Source: Takakia lepidozioides (taxonomy: Eukaryota; Plantae; Bryophyta). From it: DNA of 64,000 nt. Shown here piece after piece: positions 13,339 through 26,499 of this stretch. The stretch is from positions 64,480,001-64,544,000 of the forward strand of contig CM060733.1 in the NCBI GenBank assembly GCA_030704615.1, read 5' to 3'. The notes below the pieces were generated by a model that was not told the origin of the DNA, did not search any database, and worked only from the letters and a program-made list of their open reading frames with translations. The number at the start of each line of letters is the position of its first letter. The first letter of the stretch is position 1. A program made the translations under genes and the position numbers.

Positions 13339-16300
13339 ATGGCTCCGAATTCCTACGCTATAGTTTGTTGTCCTCCGCAACTTGGGAGAGCCTGGATCCC
13401 AAACGAGGGAGGACTTTGCAGAGTGACTGAAACTTACCTTTGTTTCAAATTCAAGCTCAAACCGGGCACAATTTATTTGGAAGAAGAAAGGAAGGATGTT
13501 CCTGGACAGGTTGACGAGACCATTGTCGTGCTAGGTAACGACGGAGGTTGCGGAATCGAATGGCACGTACCCCCATCAGACACCATCCTGTACCGAGCTG
13601 TGGGAATGCCCATTCCCTTTCCGAATCAGTCGCTGCCCACACCATCCACAAAGGAGTCCGGAAACCGACAGGCGGCCACTGCCAACAGAGAGGTATGCAA
13701 CGATAATCATTCCCGACCTGGACCGTCAAGACCCTCCATAGCTTCTCGTGTGGACGTATTCGACATTTCTGTCGATGAAGATGAGTGCATTGAGGTCCCT
13801 TTGTCCTCCACACGGTCATTCAAATCCGAGATGGACGTCTCTGCAGGTGCTACGCATGTACCCTCGAGCATAACTCCAACCCGGTCCATTGTGCAGCTCC
13901 TACGGTAACATCACCTCGATGGTTCTCGCTCCGAGTTGGCTGCTCTCGACTATGCTAAATTTCCGGTCAGGAAAGTAACGTATCTGCCTCCCGAAGTCGA
14001 TGGCAATGTCATCTTCGAGTTTCCACCTGTTACTTCCTCAAACAAAGCCTCAGGGATGTTAACAGACATGGATCGAAAGCATGACGGACACCCCTGGTGT
14101 GTGACGAAGACCAGTAGCACGAAAATTGCTGATGGTGTTCGTGTACGATACGTCCTCTATGCGGGGAAGCTGAGGTGCCTCAATCTCGCCTGCTTCCACT
14201 TTCTTTCCAAAAGAGGGCGGAGAAACGAGACGGATTGGACTGGCACAATGCATCATCCATTCATTGTCTCCAGCCAAGCTCCCGCGGGTACTTTCAAGTG
14301 CGCACATTGCAAAGAACCACCAACGTGCATGTCCATGTGCAGAGCCAAGCAATATTACGTTATCCATTTGCTCCCGGACTTGACTAGAGCTTGCATACAC
14401 GTTGGGGTCCACTGCCACCCCTTGGCGAGAGGCAACATGCGTGAGGCTGTGCAGGAAGCACACGACATCATAAAAGAGGAGGTGAAATTGAGCCCCGGAG
14501 CCAGACCAAAGCAGATTCAGCTGAAGGCAGCCCACAAGATTGCTCTTGGCAAAATCATGTCTGAAGATGGTTCAGACCGAGTGCCCTTGAACGAAGAGGA
14601 GATGCTTGACCTGTTGGAGTCCGTCTCGCACGTTTGTAGTCCGAATGTGCGGAATCACATCGTATCTTGCAAGCAGGAGTTCGGCCGGGGGTCGGACATG
14701 CACTCAATCCTGGAGGTGAAATGAATGACTGGATATGACTACATCCAAGGTAGCAGGTTTCCAGGGCAAGGCAGCGAATCCGATCGTTGTTACATTTTTA
14801 AAATGTCGACGTGTGGGCATGGGAGTGGAGTCGACTTGGTCACTCGCATGACAACTGGAAACTTGTCGAATGCTTGGGTGATGTTTGATCACATCAAGCG
14901 AATTACAAACCATCAGTGGGTGACTATGGGTACGCATGTTTATGACTATCACTCCAAGAGGCTCATGACGATTGCAATGTGCGAGATGAAAGGGGAGGAC
15001 ACACAGTCGGAGATGCATCTGTGGGAGGGCATAAACAAGCAGATGGCAAGGGCGGGATTGCCAGAGCCCAATTTCAGGGGATTCATGGCAGACAACGCTC
15101 AGGCCAACTGGGCAGCGGTGCGGCGTGTGTATGGTGAGGACCCCAATGTTCCAATGGAGGGGAAAGAGATATCCTGTGGATTCCATTGGATGCAGAGTCT
15201 ATCCCACTACACTACCAAATTTGTTGCTAGCTCATTCCAGGCTGAACACCGTGTCCTTTGTACGGCGTGGAAGGATGCACCCACATTTGATGACGCGGAG
15301 GTTAAGTTTGCTATCATCGAGGCTTGGTGGAACACGTCAGGTGCAGTGGAGACAACCAATCTGGGAGCCTTGCACAGCTGGTTGGGGTGGTGGCATTTCT
15401 AGTATCGACAGTTCGGACAGTACATGCGGGAGGTATGATGCTGTCATTTTCGTGCAATTGTCTTTCTATTACGGACCTTTCCATTGGTTCCTCACCATTG
15501 TCTGTGTCCTTGTAGGAGCGGTGCTTGGATTCCGACACGGACATGCCGAACACGAATATGGCAGAATCAGTGCACTCCTCCTGGCGAGCGTCTTCTGCCG
15601 CACATCTGGTGGACGTAGTGACGGCCACAACGGAGGACATCAACAGAGCAATCATGCAGCAAAGCCACGTACTACAAGTTCCTGAGCGGGAAACAATGGG
15701 GCTTTGGGCCGAACAGGGAGGAATTGTTGGTGCGAACAGCTTCGAGGTCGAAGAATCCATTGAAATGGGCGACAGCATTGCGAGAGAAGATCAAAGGGAC
15801 GCCTCTGCACCGCAGAGGTGAGCACCTAGAGGGGGACGTCCGTACTCGCCCTGTGAGGCGGAGGATTGAAGAGGAACCCGGGTGCGAAGAGGATTCCTGG
15901 AGATCCGACAGGAACATTCGGACAGCACCTCGAGGGCCCGTCATGTTGGCGCACAATGTGTCTTCCAGCAGTGGAAGCCCTCGCAATTCCAGATCGCCAT
16001 CGCCTTCAAGCGGGGATTCCATGCGAGAAATTCCCACCGCTCGCTTGCCCTAGATTCCGCCCTCTGTTATGCAGTATGGCCAAGCCATTGTGGAGACGAC
16101 TGTGTCTGCATCACAGTTGAGAATTGCTCGCACAAAGCCGTTGTTTTGAGGCAGGTGTTCCGCAATTCGAGTGGATACACGGCAACGTTGTTTAGAGATG
16201 ATAAGGAGGAATCCAGATGGTGTTGTCTCTGCTCCTACTTTTACAGGAAGATTTGTCCATGCAAAGTTTGCGGAGGCGACAACCACCCAGTTTTGGTTCT

Positions 16301-16947
16301 GCAGGCACGACATTATGACTTGCGTGTATGGAAAGCCCAAGTACGGCATACAAACAATGCCAGAGGCTCCCCCGGTGTGGCCGGTGGAACCAGGCTGCGA
16401 TCTGAGTCAGGATGAGGCCGACGCCCTTACCGCCGCAGGATTTCGGATGGTGCAGCGCACTGACGTCCCCAGACAACCATTTCCGCTTCCACAGCCTCCA
16501 CCACCAACCCCTATGAGAGCAAGAACAATGGGACCCGACAGCTCTAAGCATCCTACACACGGTTGGGGGAAACCGAAGAGGCGGTGACCTCCCTCAAAAG
16601 TGAACGAGACAAGGATGGGGAATGCACTTCGGATGAACTGTACAATCCAGAGCTCGACAGAAGTGCCCCCACCAGGCTTTGGGCGTGTGTATCAGATGGC
16701 CACGGCAGGCTCAGCTGTTCGCAATGAGGTGTACACCATCACCATTTCAGAATTACCCACCTGCAATTACACCGACTTTCAGATCATGGCGAACAAGGGG
16801 GCATCATACTGCCCTTGCAAGCATCTGTACTACGTGTACCTAAAGAGACTCCGGTGTAATTCCACAACTCATCACTTCATACATGCACCAGGGTTGAGCC
16901 CCCAAGAGGTGCACACTCTTCTGAATATGGATCCAGGGGACCAGTGA
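13339..16947 (+). pseudogene. MULE transposase: GCM-like Zn domain + DDE core + SWIM; one intron (~15433-15516); nonsense codons
   Basis: HPWCVTKT..LRCLN..C..KCAHC..C..HVGVHCHP, MFDHIKR, FMADNAQ, CGFHW, NMAESVH, C.TDF..CKH; stops at 13906, 14722, 15400, 16051, 16585. Confidence 0.92.
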
Positions 16948-17666
16948 CCTTGGCTTGCGGTCCCAACACAATGGTACGCCCATCCTTTTCGGATCCTGTA
17001 CTGCTACAAGTAGCTTTGACTCTGGCCACAGAAAGGTCCGACTTATGTCTTGCCTACCAGTAACCTGATTTGCTTGAACTAAGATAATACTATGTCATTC
17101 ACTCGTGTTTCCACGTGCATGTATTTTTGTGTGTTGGAGGGTTCCTGTTTTTCTGCTCTCCCAAACTTTGCTTTCCTCATTCGACCCCCGACAAGGAAAT
17201 GCGGCGCCGCATTTCCAAGTAACGTCGTAGGTACTGGTAGATGCGGCATTCACCAACACCAAACTGCCTAGAAATTTCGCACGTGCGAACCCTAATGCGG
17301 CACCGCATTTCCTAGTTGAGTCGCAAAACTTTCCCGCCGAATACTGGAAGATGACAGAATTGTGCAGACTCTATTGGTTCAGTCGCGGCAAAAGGGTCAG
17401 CTTCATTCCAATGTTAAGGCATGTAAAACCGCAGAATACTCTATACAGGCCAGTATGCGACGTCCTTTTGCCGTGGTATACTGGATTTCTCGTTGCACGG
17501 TCACTCATTTCCATGAGTGGATCTAAAAAACCATGAGCGGAGTTGTTACTGACGACATATCTTTGCCGCATTACAGGATCTGTAACTTCCAAAAACGGCA
17601 AGGTCAAATATAAAACTATTATTTTAATACTTGTTTAATCTGCCGCATTTCCAAATTTGGAGGAGT

Positions 17667-17771
17667 CCGCTCATGAAATCCGCGTGTCTTAGACTTCGGC
17701 TCACCGCTCATGCGGCTCATGCGGCTCATGGCTCATGGCTCATGGTTTCTGCTCATGAAATAGTAAACCTC
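17667..17771. repeat. Transposase-side TIR with GCTCATG repeats
   Basis: Near-identical to 10199-10302. Confidence 0.9.
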
Positions 17772-17799
17772 AGTGTGTACCACACTATAAAGTATGTTA

Positions 17800-18248
17800 C
17801 CTGGCGAGGCTGAATGGCTCGAGGGCTGATAGCTTGTTGCCCAAATGTGGGTTGCCCTCTGAGATATTCTGGAATGCTCGGAGCCTTAGCTGCCCCCTCC
17901 AAGAAGGGCCATAAGCTGGTCAGAAGAAAATTATCATTGTGCGCCTCTACAGAATGACTTCTCCAAGGCAGTGGGAAAATTGCGTTGTATCTGTGGGAGG
18001 AAGTTACGTGGTTGCATACAAGACCATGCTGCCACTTCAAAGTGTTCAAAACACTTGTCCAAAAAAGCTTTGCAACCAGGCCTTACAACGACCATCTTGC
18101 TACCACATAATTTGTGCTCAAGGCCATTTGGAACCACAAAAGCATTACCGCTCCCGACATGGACGCACTCACACAGCAAGCCATTAATATCTAGGATGAG
18201 CAAATGCTTGCCCTTCTCCACTGTTGTGTACACGACCTTCTCCTGCAT
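17800..18248 (-). pseudogene. FCP1/NIF-homology (HAD-fold) phosphatase-like fragment, internally deleted
   Basis: KHLLILDINGLL..VRPGCKAFLDKCFEHFEVAAWS and C-terminal LWPFLEG..YLRGQPTFGQQAI resemble plant FCP1-homology proteins; the middle of the domain is missing. Confidence 0.7.
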
Positions 18249-20379
18249 GAATTGAAGGTTGGGAGTGGAAGTGACAACCGTGGGTTGCTGGGTAATATCG
18301 GCCTGCCGGGAAACAAGGTCAATGGTCCAGGGTTGTCTCGGATGTCCCCACCGCGACAGCAGCAGGCCGGAGTTCTGCAGGCGCCTCCACTACCGCACAA
18401 TGTGACAGAACTGCACGAAGAGGCATAAGTTCCTTGGCAGGGGTGTCCTCCCCTCCACCTGGGCCAACATGCTCCACCTGCACATCATCCTCGAATGCAT
18501 CAACTGGAGTGACGTTACCTGGTGACATGCCAGGCAAGTCAAACCTGTCCTCCGACGTCTCGAGGCTGAAGGGCCAGCGATGCAGGAGCTGTTTGCTGCG
18601 GACGAGCCCACTAAGGCAGGTGAGGAAATGTTGATCCCAAATTTCTCAGCAATGGCCTTCTGGTACATCATCACATGCGATATTGTAGCCTTTAAATCCA
18701 TTATATCTTCGTGTTGTGCACCCTGTGCTCTTTCCATATCCTCCACTTTGCGAGCAATTGTTGAATACCCAGAGGTCCCCTCCTGCCAGGTCCACGCAAG
18801 TCCATGAACAACATGAGAACATCATGCCGCTGGTAGGGAAAATGCCTAGAACAAAAGAATCGACAAAAAATGGGAGAAAGAATGTTCACGTGGATCTCAC
18901 CATCCGCTCACTGGTCAATGTTCTGCTTACTGAACCTTCCTGGATTTCATGCAACGATGGACTTCGGCCTCGCTCCTGTGCCTGCATTAGTCATGTACCA
19001 GCTCAGTATGCTAGCATGGTCAGCCATGACGAGCGACATACCATTCTGGGACAACAGTGATTGAACAGAGGTTTGTCAGACATACTGTTGGTATGCAACC
19101 AATATTGGTGTCCCCGCGCCCACTGACGTAGTCACTATCTCTCCAGTAATACAGAAAGCTGAGTGACAAATGCAGCTAATGCAGAAGAGTAATCACCAGC
19201 ACTGCACTACCCTATGTTAATGACCACAAAAAGTCATGTTAACACTCACACTCACACTCACTATTGCAGTTTCAAGTACTGCCCTGACATCATCATTGCA
19301 CAACAACTCTGATCAGAGCCTCCTCTATCCACACTTACAGACTGGTATGCAAAATGAGGACCCCACCCACTACACACTAACATGTCACAATTCCATCATT
19401 CCAAAAAACCCAACCTCACCTGGCTGATTACATACAAACAGTCCAAATTAAAGCCCACTTTGGATGTCAGACCCAATTGGAAATTCCCTAAGCATGAGTG
19501 CAGGCTAGTTTCCTGGCTTAATACAAATTATTGCACCTCCAGAACTCATAAAGCAACAATTTCATGCAGCTTCACAACTCTGATAATAGATATAATCTAG
19601 AATCAGAGAATGAGAGCAGCACTCAGGCAAGGACATCAGCACAATATGTCTAAGCAGCAACTGGTGAAAATCACATCGTCACACAGACCTCGCACTCCCC
19701 GAATATAACTTTCATACGATTCTACTTGCCTTTCTTGATGAACATGAGGGACAACTTACATGAAGTTGCACCACTATTCTGACCATGGCGAGACCCAATT
19801 GGAAGAAATACAGAAATGTAACCAAGGCATAACAAAATTGCAAAATTGGGTCTCTATCTCCTTCAAGAAGTCTAGCAAACTGTATTACTGACCACTTGCC
19901 AGGACCAAGCAAGAAACATTAGCATTGTACTTGACGATTGCAACCTCGCCCAATTTTACATATGACTACTACGTAGCTCTCACAAAAAACTCATACCGCA
20001 AAAAATAGTCCATTTGATTTGCTATCGAAGTGACTCTTGGAAACACCTCCACCCTTAAAGATGCGCTGGGTAGGGTCTCCCTGCAATAGAAAAGGCTAGT
20101 AGCACTTGGGAAATGAAGCGTAATTCAAGAAACTTGCCTCCCCCCTTAAAGAAAAGCCTACAAGCACTTTGCAACAAGGTGAATGAACACCTTAGTTCAC
20201 TCCATAGGCAGCACCCCTTCAAGAAAACCCTGATTGCACTCCACATAATTTGGATAATTCAACTGGTGGCACTTCGTAGTTCCCTCCTAACATGGTGTAA
20301 AATGGGGGAAATGGACACCCCATTATAGACAACGTGTCACAACAATCAGCCAAGGCAAAGAGGGCAAACAAACTGATGT

Positions 20380-20880
20380 GTGAACTTACAAACCGAGCCT
20401 CAACAGATGCCTTCCCACCACGTCCTGTTTTTGAGGGCTTCTTGATAGATGAATTTACAACCTTCATGAGGGCACTTTTTGCGCTGAATCCTGCTGTCTT
20501 TGGGTTTTCAAGGCAACGCCAAGTGTCTTCCTCATGAGCTCATAGTCAAGACCACGTGGCGTGTACGCAAATGTAGAGTTTAGAATCTTGTATATTTCTT
20601 CAATGATAGATTCATCCTGCGCTACAATATGCATTGACATGTCACACAAATGCCATATTTGGCCTTTGAGGGCTACATGCCAAGTATTGCGTGCTAGTCC
20701 AATGGGCTCTCCAGCTTTGTCAACTGGAAGCACTTGAGGGGGGAGTCCATCCTCCTCTCGAGCATCATGGTTTCGGATTGCCTCTGCCCTGGCTCGCCTG
20801 TTCGCCCGCCTCAAAGCATTAGCTCGCTCCTTCTTGGTCATAGGGATGTCTTCCTTTGCCTCCTCAGGTGGTGGGGCAGA
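20380..20880 (-). pseudogene. Possible CACTA ORF2 (TnpA/Ptta-En/Spm)-like fragment
   Basis: GEPIG..W..ALK..D.S..EEIYKIL..F..ALKTQR and TGRGGKASVEARF pattern; recognised by eye only. Confidence 0.35.
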
Positions 20881-20989
20881 TGGGGGTTGCCATGGGGAAT
20901 GGGGGGCGGGACGGTATCGCCCACCGTATGGCCCAAAAGGTTCGTATGGTGGACGTGTAGATGTCGGGTAGGAATGTGGGTCTGGGAGG

Positions 20990-22271
20990 TAAGTTTAAAT
21001 TGTACAACTTGTTGTAAGCGCTGGCACGCAAAATTAGTGAACGTCCTGAACTCCTTATCTGTATAGGTAAGAGGTGTGCCAATGACTTGGGAACAGTGCA
21101 AGTATTTCCAAGCCTCATGTCCCTTAAAGAAAATATCCTCAGGGCCGAATTTCTGTGTTGTCAAATTGTTCCAAGCCGAATGAAACCATGAACAAAGTTG
21201 GGAATCCTTCTGCATCATAACTTTTGCATCATATAGGTACATATGAGGTGGCACTGAAGGTAAGACCCAATGATCCCCACTGGAATAACTCAAAAATCGC
21301 GATTGCATCCTCTGCTGCTCAATGTGATAACGTGCCAGAAAACAAGCAGCATAGTATAATCCACAGCCCATGACAATACTTGATACCTCCTTGGTTTTGG
21401 TATAAATGTACCCATGTACAACTTGGAAGGCAATTAATTCCTTCAACATGGTACCTGCTTCAGACCAGTACCTCGCAAAGTGATGATCCTCAATGGGTCG
21501 ATTGTTCGGAAGAACCTTAGTCCTAGTTGCCACTGGCAGCCAAATGCGCATGATCTGGTAGTAATGTGCCAACGACTGCAGAGGACTAAATTCCTTCCAA
21601 GCCAAATCCAACACAATGGGAATTTGGTTGAAGGGCATAATCATAGCCCGACTGTACTCCCGTGCAGCAGGAGTCTTCGGTGGGTTAAAAACAACATCCC
21701 CCCATACCTCAGGCTGTGGTGTGGCTGTAGTAACAACAGGGTCAGCTACCTGCACAGTCACTTGCTGTGGTATTGGTACCACTGGCCCTTCTACCACTGG
21801 CATCTCCTGTACCCCTTGCGAAGAAGACTGAAAAATTAGAGTTCTGGCATGTAAATAAGTAGCCATCAGCTGCTCCTCAGGTACAAAGACTCTCTTGTCA
21901 ATATTTGAACTCAGGTCATCCACCTGAGTCTACATGCCTTCTACATCCTCCTGTAGCTCTGCTATCCTACTATAGACATTGTCTATAGTAGTTGTGGCAA
22001 TGTTCTGCACCTGCAGTCTGAGCTCATTCATCTCGCCTTGGGTGAGCTTCCGTGGTGCTTTACCTTCCACCGGCCCTTGTGCTAACCAGACCTGCATAAG
22101 GTGGTTATCCACCAAGTCGTGTGTGGCACCTATGAGAGTCTGCTCCTCTTCGCATGAGGTTCAACCAAACTCGCATAGGCAGCAACCAGATTATTGGCTT
22201 CCTTCCAAGCCTTGTAAGCCACACAGAGTTCATTTCTATTGACCATGACTGTTTGTTGCAACTCCAGGATG
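20990..22271 (-). mobile_element. Older Ty3/Gypsy relative, 3' part of the extra ORF (left piece, no LTR)
   Basis: Homologous to 46600-47930 (LDLAWKEFSP..HYYQIMRIWLPVATRTK); continuous with 49223 across TSD TACCT. Confidence 0.88.
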
Positions 22272-22276
22272 TACCT

Positions 22277-23234
22277 TGTTAGAGGACTGTCTGGGACTTA
22301 GACACTTAAATGGGATCTGTAGGGTACCCTTAATTTTTGCACAGACTGAGACCAACAGGAGCCTTAGGGGTGACAGCAGCGCACTGTAGAGGGGGATTAC
22401 ACAGCCCGTCACAGTCGTCACAGCCGACACAGCCAACACAGCCCGTTACAGTCGTCACAGCAGACACAGCCGACACAGCCTGTCATTGTCGTCATAGCCG
22501 ACACAGCCACACAGCCAGTCACAGCCCGACACAGCCAAACACAGTCGCACAGCCAGTCACAGCCCGTCACAGTTTCACACAGCCAGTCACAGCTTGACAC
22601 AGCTGTCACGATCATAGGGAACGGAGAGCAGGACAGGGAACGACTGTGGGGAACAACACTTGCGAAGGGAACATGTTAGTTCATAGACGACGGTTAGTGA
22701 GGGAAACGGTTAGAACCACGGGTAGGAAGATAAAGGGAAAAGCGGGGAATTTGGGGGATATCATTCGGTGGAGGACTTCTTGGTCATGGAGGAGAGGGGA
22801 TCGGGCAGAGATTAAGAACGGAAGTGAAGATAGAGAGATGATGAGTAGATGCTTGTTATATGCAAGGCTGTAATGATATTGTAGAGCAGATTAGAGACAC
22901 AATGGCTTCGGCCTGATACCTGATAAATCATAATCGGATACTTTTACGATACAATCACACTGTGTAGAGAGATCTGAGTGAAGCTGTGGAATGAATGGAT
23001 GAGTTGATGGAATCCAATAGATTGATAAAGCAAACTGATACTTAATTATCAATGGTAAGGTAACTAACATGAATGCCAAAAGGGAAACAAATAGGAAACA
23101 CCCCCATGATACACTAGCTGTAGGTCATGACTGATTGTTCTGCGCGGGCTGAGTACTTAGAGATTTCCAACTCTTCTATCTTGGAGTTTCCGCCTCGAAT
23201 AGCGAAGGGATGGGTGAGTAAATGCCGCGCGACA
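22277..23234 (+). repeat. 5' LTR
   Basis: TGTTAGAGG...CGCGACA, near-identical to 48316-49217. Confidence 0.95.
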
Positions 23235-23822
23235 TTTGGCGACCATACTGGGGAACTGAGTCATGAACAACCAGATGTGACATGCATCTGGTGGGATCAT
23301 GGTGGTTGGACCATTAAAGAATTTGAAGTGAATCAAATTCCCTGTGGAACGAAGGAAGAAAGATTGTCCAAACAATTCTTTCAAAGGTTCTTGGAATTGC
23401 CAGACGGTTGTAAAGAAAATATTCTTAATCGAGTGCATGATGCTGATCCGGAATGGGGTCTGGAGAAGGGAGTGATAAAGATTTATCAGGTAGCCTGTAG
23501 AGGAAGAGCACGTTGGTTACCAACATTGGTTTATGTGATAGCATTGCTATCCATTAAGCGAGTAGAGTTTGAAGGCTGGGAAGAAAGAAAGGTGAATGTT
23601 TATACTCATATGCATGAAGAGCTTGTACTGGTAAAGAATTGGATTCCAAAGGATATTTTGTGGATCAAACTCACACCAAGAACAGCTTTTCAGACTTGTT
23701 TGCCATATGGTTATATGGTAACGGAGACTTCAAGTATAGCCAAGGGTGCATTGAAGCTTGAAAGAAACCCAGGCATATACGAGAGATATTACAGAAGAGA
23801 GTTTTGGTTATTGCCACATTAA
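23127..23822 (+). CDS. Extra ORF upstream of gag, unknown function
   Basis: Open 231-codon frame starting inside the LTR and crossing the PBS; no domain recognised. Confidence 0.5.
   Translation: MTDCSARAEYLEISNSSILEFPPRIAKGWVSKCRATFGDHTGELSHEQPDVTCIWWDHGGWTIKEFEVNQIPCGTKEERLSKQFFQRFLELPDGCKENILNRVHDADPEWGLEKGVIKIYQVACRGRARWLPTLVYVIALLSIKRVEFEGWEERKVNVYTHMHEELVLVKNWIPKDILWIKLTPRTAFQTCLPYGYMVTETSSIAKGALKLERNPGIYERYYRREFWLLPH
23237..23254 (+). promoter_or_regulatory. Primer-binding site (probably tRNA-Arg type)
   Basis: TGGCGACCATACTGGGGA, 2 nt after the LTR end. Confidence 0.75.
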
Positions 23823-23843
23823 AAGAAATGAAAGACATGGGAC

Positions 23844-26256
23844 ATGAGTGATGAAAGAGAAGCTAGACGCCAGAGATATTCAGCAAAAAGAGAAAGCTAT
23901 CTGCAAGCTAATTATCCATATCTTTGGGAGAGAGGAATAGACATAGGGGAATCATCTGGACCTCTCACACCATTAAGATCAAAGAGTACATCACCTATAC
24001 CGGAAGAACTAGAGTTGGATGCCACTCCTTCTGTTTCTTTGCAAGAAAGATTAAGGGAATTGGTACAGGAAGAAGATCAATCACGAGGTGAAAGATCTGA
24101 GGTACATCCTTGGATAAAAGATTTGACATAAATCTTTGATAAGAGTTGGCATGGAACACCAAAAGCAGGAGCTCCAGTTTCTGAAGCAGAAGCTGAAGAA
24201 GGAGAAGAGGATGTGGCAGAGCCAACGGAGAGTTCAGACTCTCCAACACCATTACAGTTGAGTTATATGAGTGAAGAAGAAACCCAAGGGCAGAACTTGG
24301 AGGATGAAAACAGAGAGAAGAAATTGGAAGAAGAAGAATATGAAGAAGTAGACCCAACAGCTGAGGTTGAGACTACAACCAGGACATCCCAACCCGTTGG
24401 ACTTGGATCAAGTGGAGCACTTGGATCACAGGCCAACGAAGGTGTCGGCTCAGGGGGATCAGGCGGGCTGCCTGGATCTGGCTCTGGGGGGACAGGGAGT
24501 GTGGGAAGTAGTGCAACTGAAGCTGGGAATACTGTGAATATCGTGGGGCCAGAAGCAGGGAGTGCTCAAGGGCCACCACTTGGTGGAAGATCCACCACAA
24601 AAACAACAGGTCCAGAGGGACCAGCACCAGCAAGGGTGCCAGCACCTGTCAGTGGGCAGAAGGTAGGGCAACAGATGGCGTTACAACCAACACGGGCAAA
24701 ACCACCCTTTCCAATATATTCAGGAAAAGGGGATCCCGATGTACACATTAGCCAATTTGAGCACATGTGTATAGTGAACAATGAGAATGGCGATGATGCC
24801 AAGATGAGACTGTTTCCTTGTTCACTTATCAAGAAAGCAAGTGAATGGTATGCAAGATTCCCTGATAATCATTTCCTAACCTGGAATGGCTTGAATACAG
24901 CATTTCAAAATAGGTTCAGGACAAGTAAGACTGAGGATGAAGTGTATGGAAGTTTACAACAGCTGAAGCAGAAGAAGCATGAAACTGTTGAAGAGTATAT
25001 GGAGAAGATGGAATTGATGATGAAAAAGCTGGCTGCAGTACCAGCACCCGGTTTACAAAAGACTTGGTTTGTGAGTGGACTAAGACCAGAGTTGCAAAAG
25101 AAAGTGGATATGTTACCCCATAATACAGTGGAGGAGGCATTTGAAACTGCAAACAGAATCGAGCAATTGGGAATGCTCAGGAGAGAGAAAAAGGAAGATG
25201 AGGACTCTGAGGATGAGTCAGATGAAGAAGAAGAGCAAGAACTAAAAAGAAAGAGTAAGAGAAAGGAGAAGTTGAAGAGGGATAACTATGAAAAAAATTG
25301 GAAGAAATCTTGAAGAAGTATGCCACAGAGGCTGCAACACATTGGAGGAAGGGTGTATGGTGTGCAAAGTGCCAGAATGAAGGCCATACCACCACAGAAT
25401 GCCACATGAAGGAGAAACACTGTACTATCTGTAAAATGGATAACCATTCTACTGAGAATTGTTACTACAACAGAAGGACAGCTGCAAGAGAACCTAGGCA
25501 AGTCAGGGTGCATCAGGTGCAGCCCCAGCCAAGAAGAAACAATGATCAGGACCACTATGGTAGGTCTGGTGGTTATAACAATGGCATGGAAGGGAGAGGT
25601 AATTCAAGAGGGAATTACCAAGGAAATTCCAGAGGCAATTATCAGGGTAATCCAAGGGGAATTACCAGCCCGGGAATCAGGATTATAGAAATAATCCAAG
25701 AACAGACCAAGGGCGAGGACCCAATGGTGAAGAGCTATGTTACTATTGTAATCAGCCAGGACATCGCAAGGCAGCCTGTTCATTCTGGATAAGACACCAG
25801 AATGAGATGAGAGCTCCTGTGAATGAGGGCCCAGTGGTGGCAGCTCACATGGTTAGGCCATGTGTTGTACCAGAAGTAAGTACAATGATAGTAACAAGAA
25901 GTAAAGCCAAACTAATACCTCCAGTAGAAGAGGAAGAAGATGATAATGGAAGTGGCAATGATATGCCTGAAGATGAAGAGACTTGGAAAGATGAGAAGGA
26001 ACTGCACAAGGAAGTGGCAGATACTATAAGGGAAATGCAAAAGAGTACTGATATTCCTATGGCAGATTCCTCTGATTCGGATGGAGAAAAAGAAGGGAGT
26101 GAGGAAGAAAGGAAGAAAGAAGATGCAGACATGCAAAGTAATGAAGAGACTTTGGCTGAAGTAATATGCCAGACCAAAGCAGAAATTACCATTGGACAGC
26201 TATTAGCTGTGGCACCTTATTGTAGGCACAGGCTGTATCAAGCAATCAATCGAATT
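23844..26256 (+). pseudogene. gag: gag (retrotransposon gag domain + CCHC knuckles), frameshifted, interrupted by the MULE
   Basis: YSGKGDPDVHI..LFPCSL..A.EWY..F.NRF; CAKCQNEGHTTTEC, CTICKMDNHSTENC, CYYCNQPGH. Confidence 0.88.
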
Positions 26257-26499
26257 GAGGTTTGCTATTTCATGAGCATGAGCGGCATGAGCGGCATGAG
26301 CAGAGTAGTAACACAATCGGTTTTCATGAGCAGAAGTACAAATTTCGAAAATAAAAAACAATAAAAAACAATAATTTAATGCAATGTGTCAGGAAAAACA
26401 AATATATTATTCGGCCCCTTGAAGGGAAAATTGCACTTTTGACAGTTGTGCTCATGATATTTCGTCTTCCGCTCATGCCAATTCCCAGCGACATGTGCA

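Larger units (their letters stand above)
10303..17771. mobile_element. Mutator-like element, subfamily B; cargo gene cut off at 10303
   Basis: Cargo 5' exon(s) on minus strand, palindrome array, transposase on plus strand, TIR ending at 17771. Confidence 0.85.

Noticed and set aside
20838-21000. His/Pro-rich tail of the 361-aa ORF as a real C-terminus
   Set aside because: Read-through past the retroelement truncation point (~20990) into unrelated sequence
26247-26257. 11-bp match CAATCGAATTG on both sides of element C, suggesting a longer TSD
   Set aside because: TIR alignment with the other copies places the terminal G/C inside the element, leaving a 9-bp TSD
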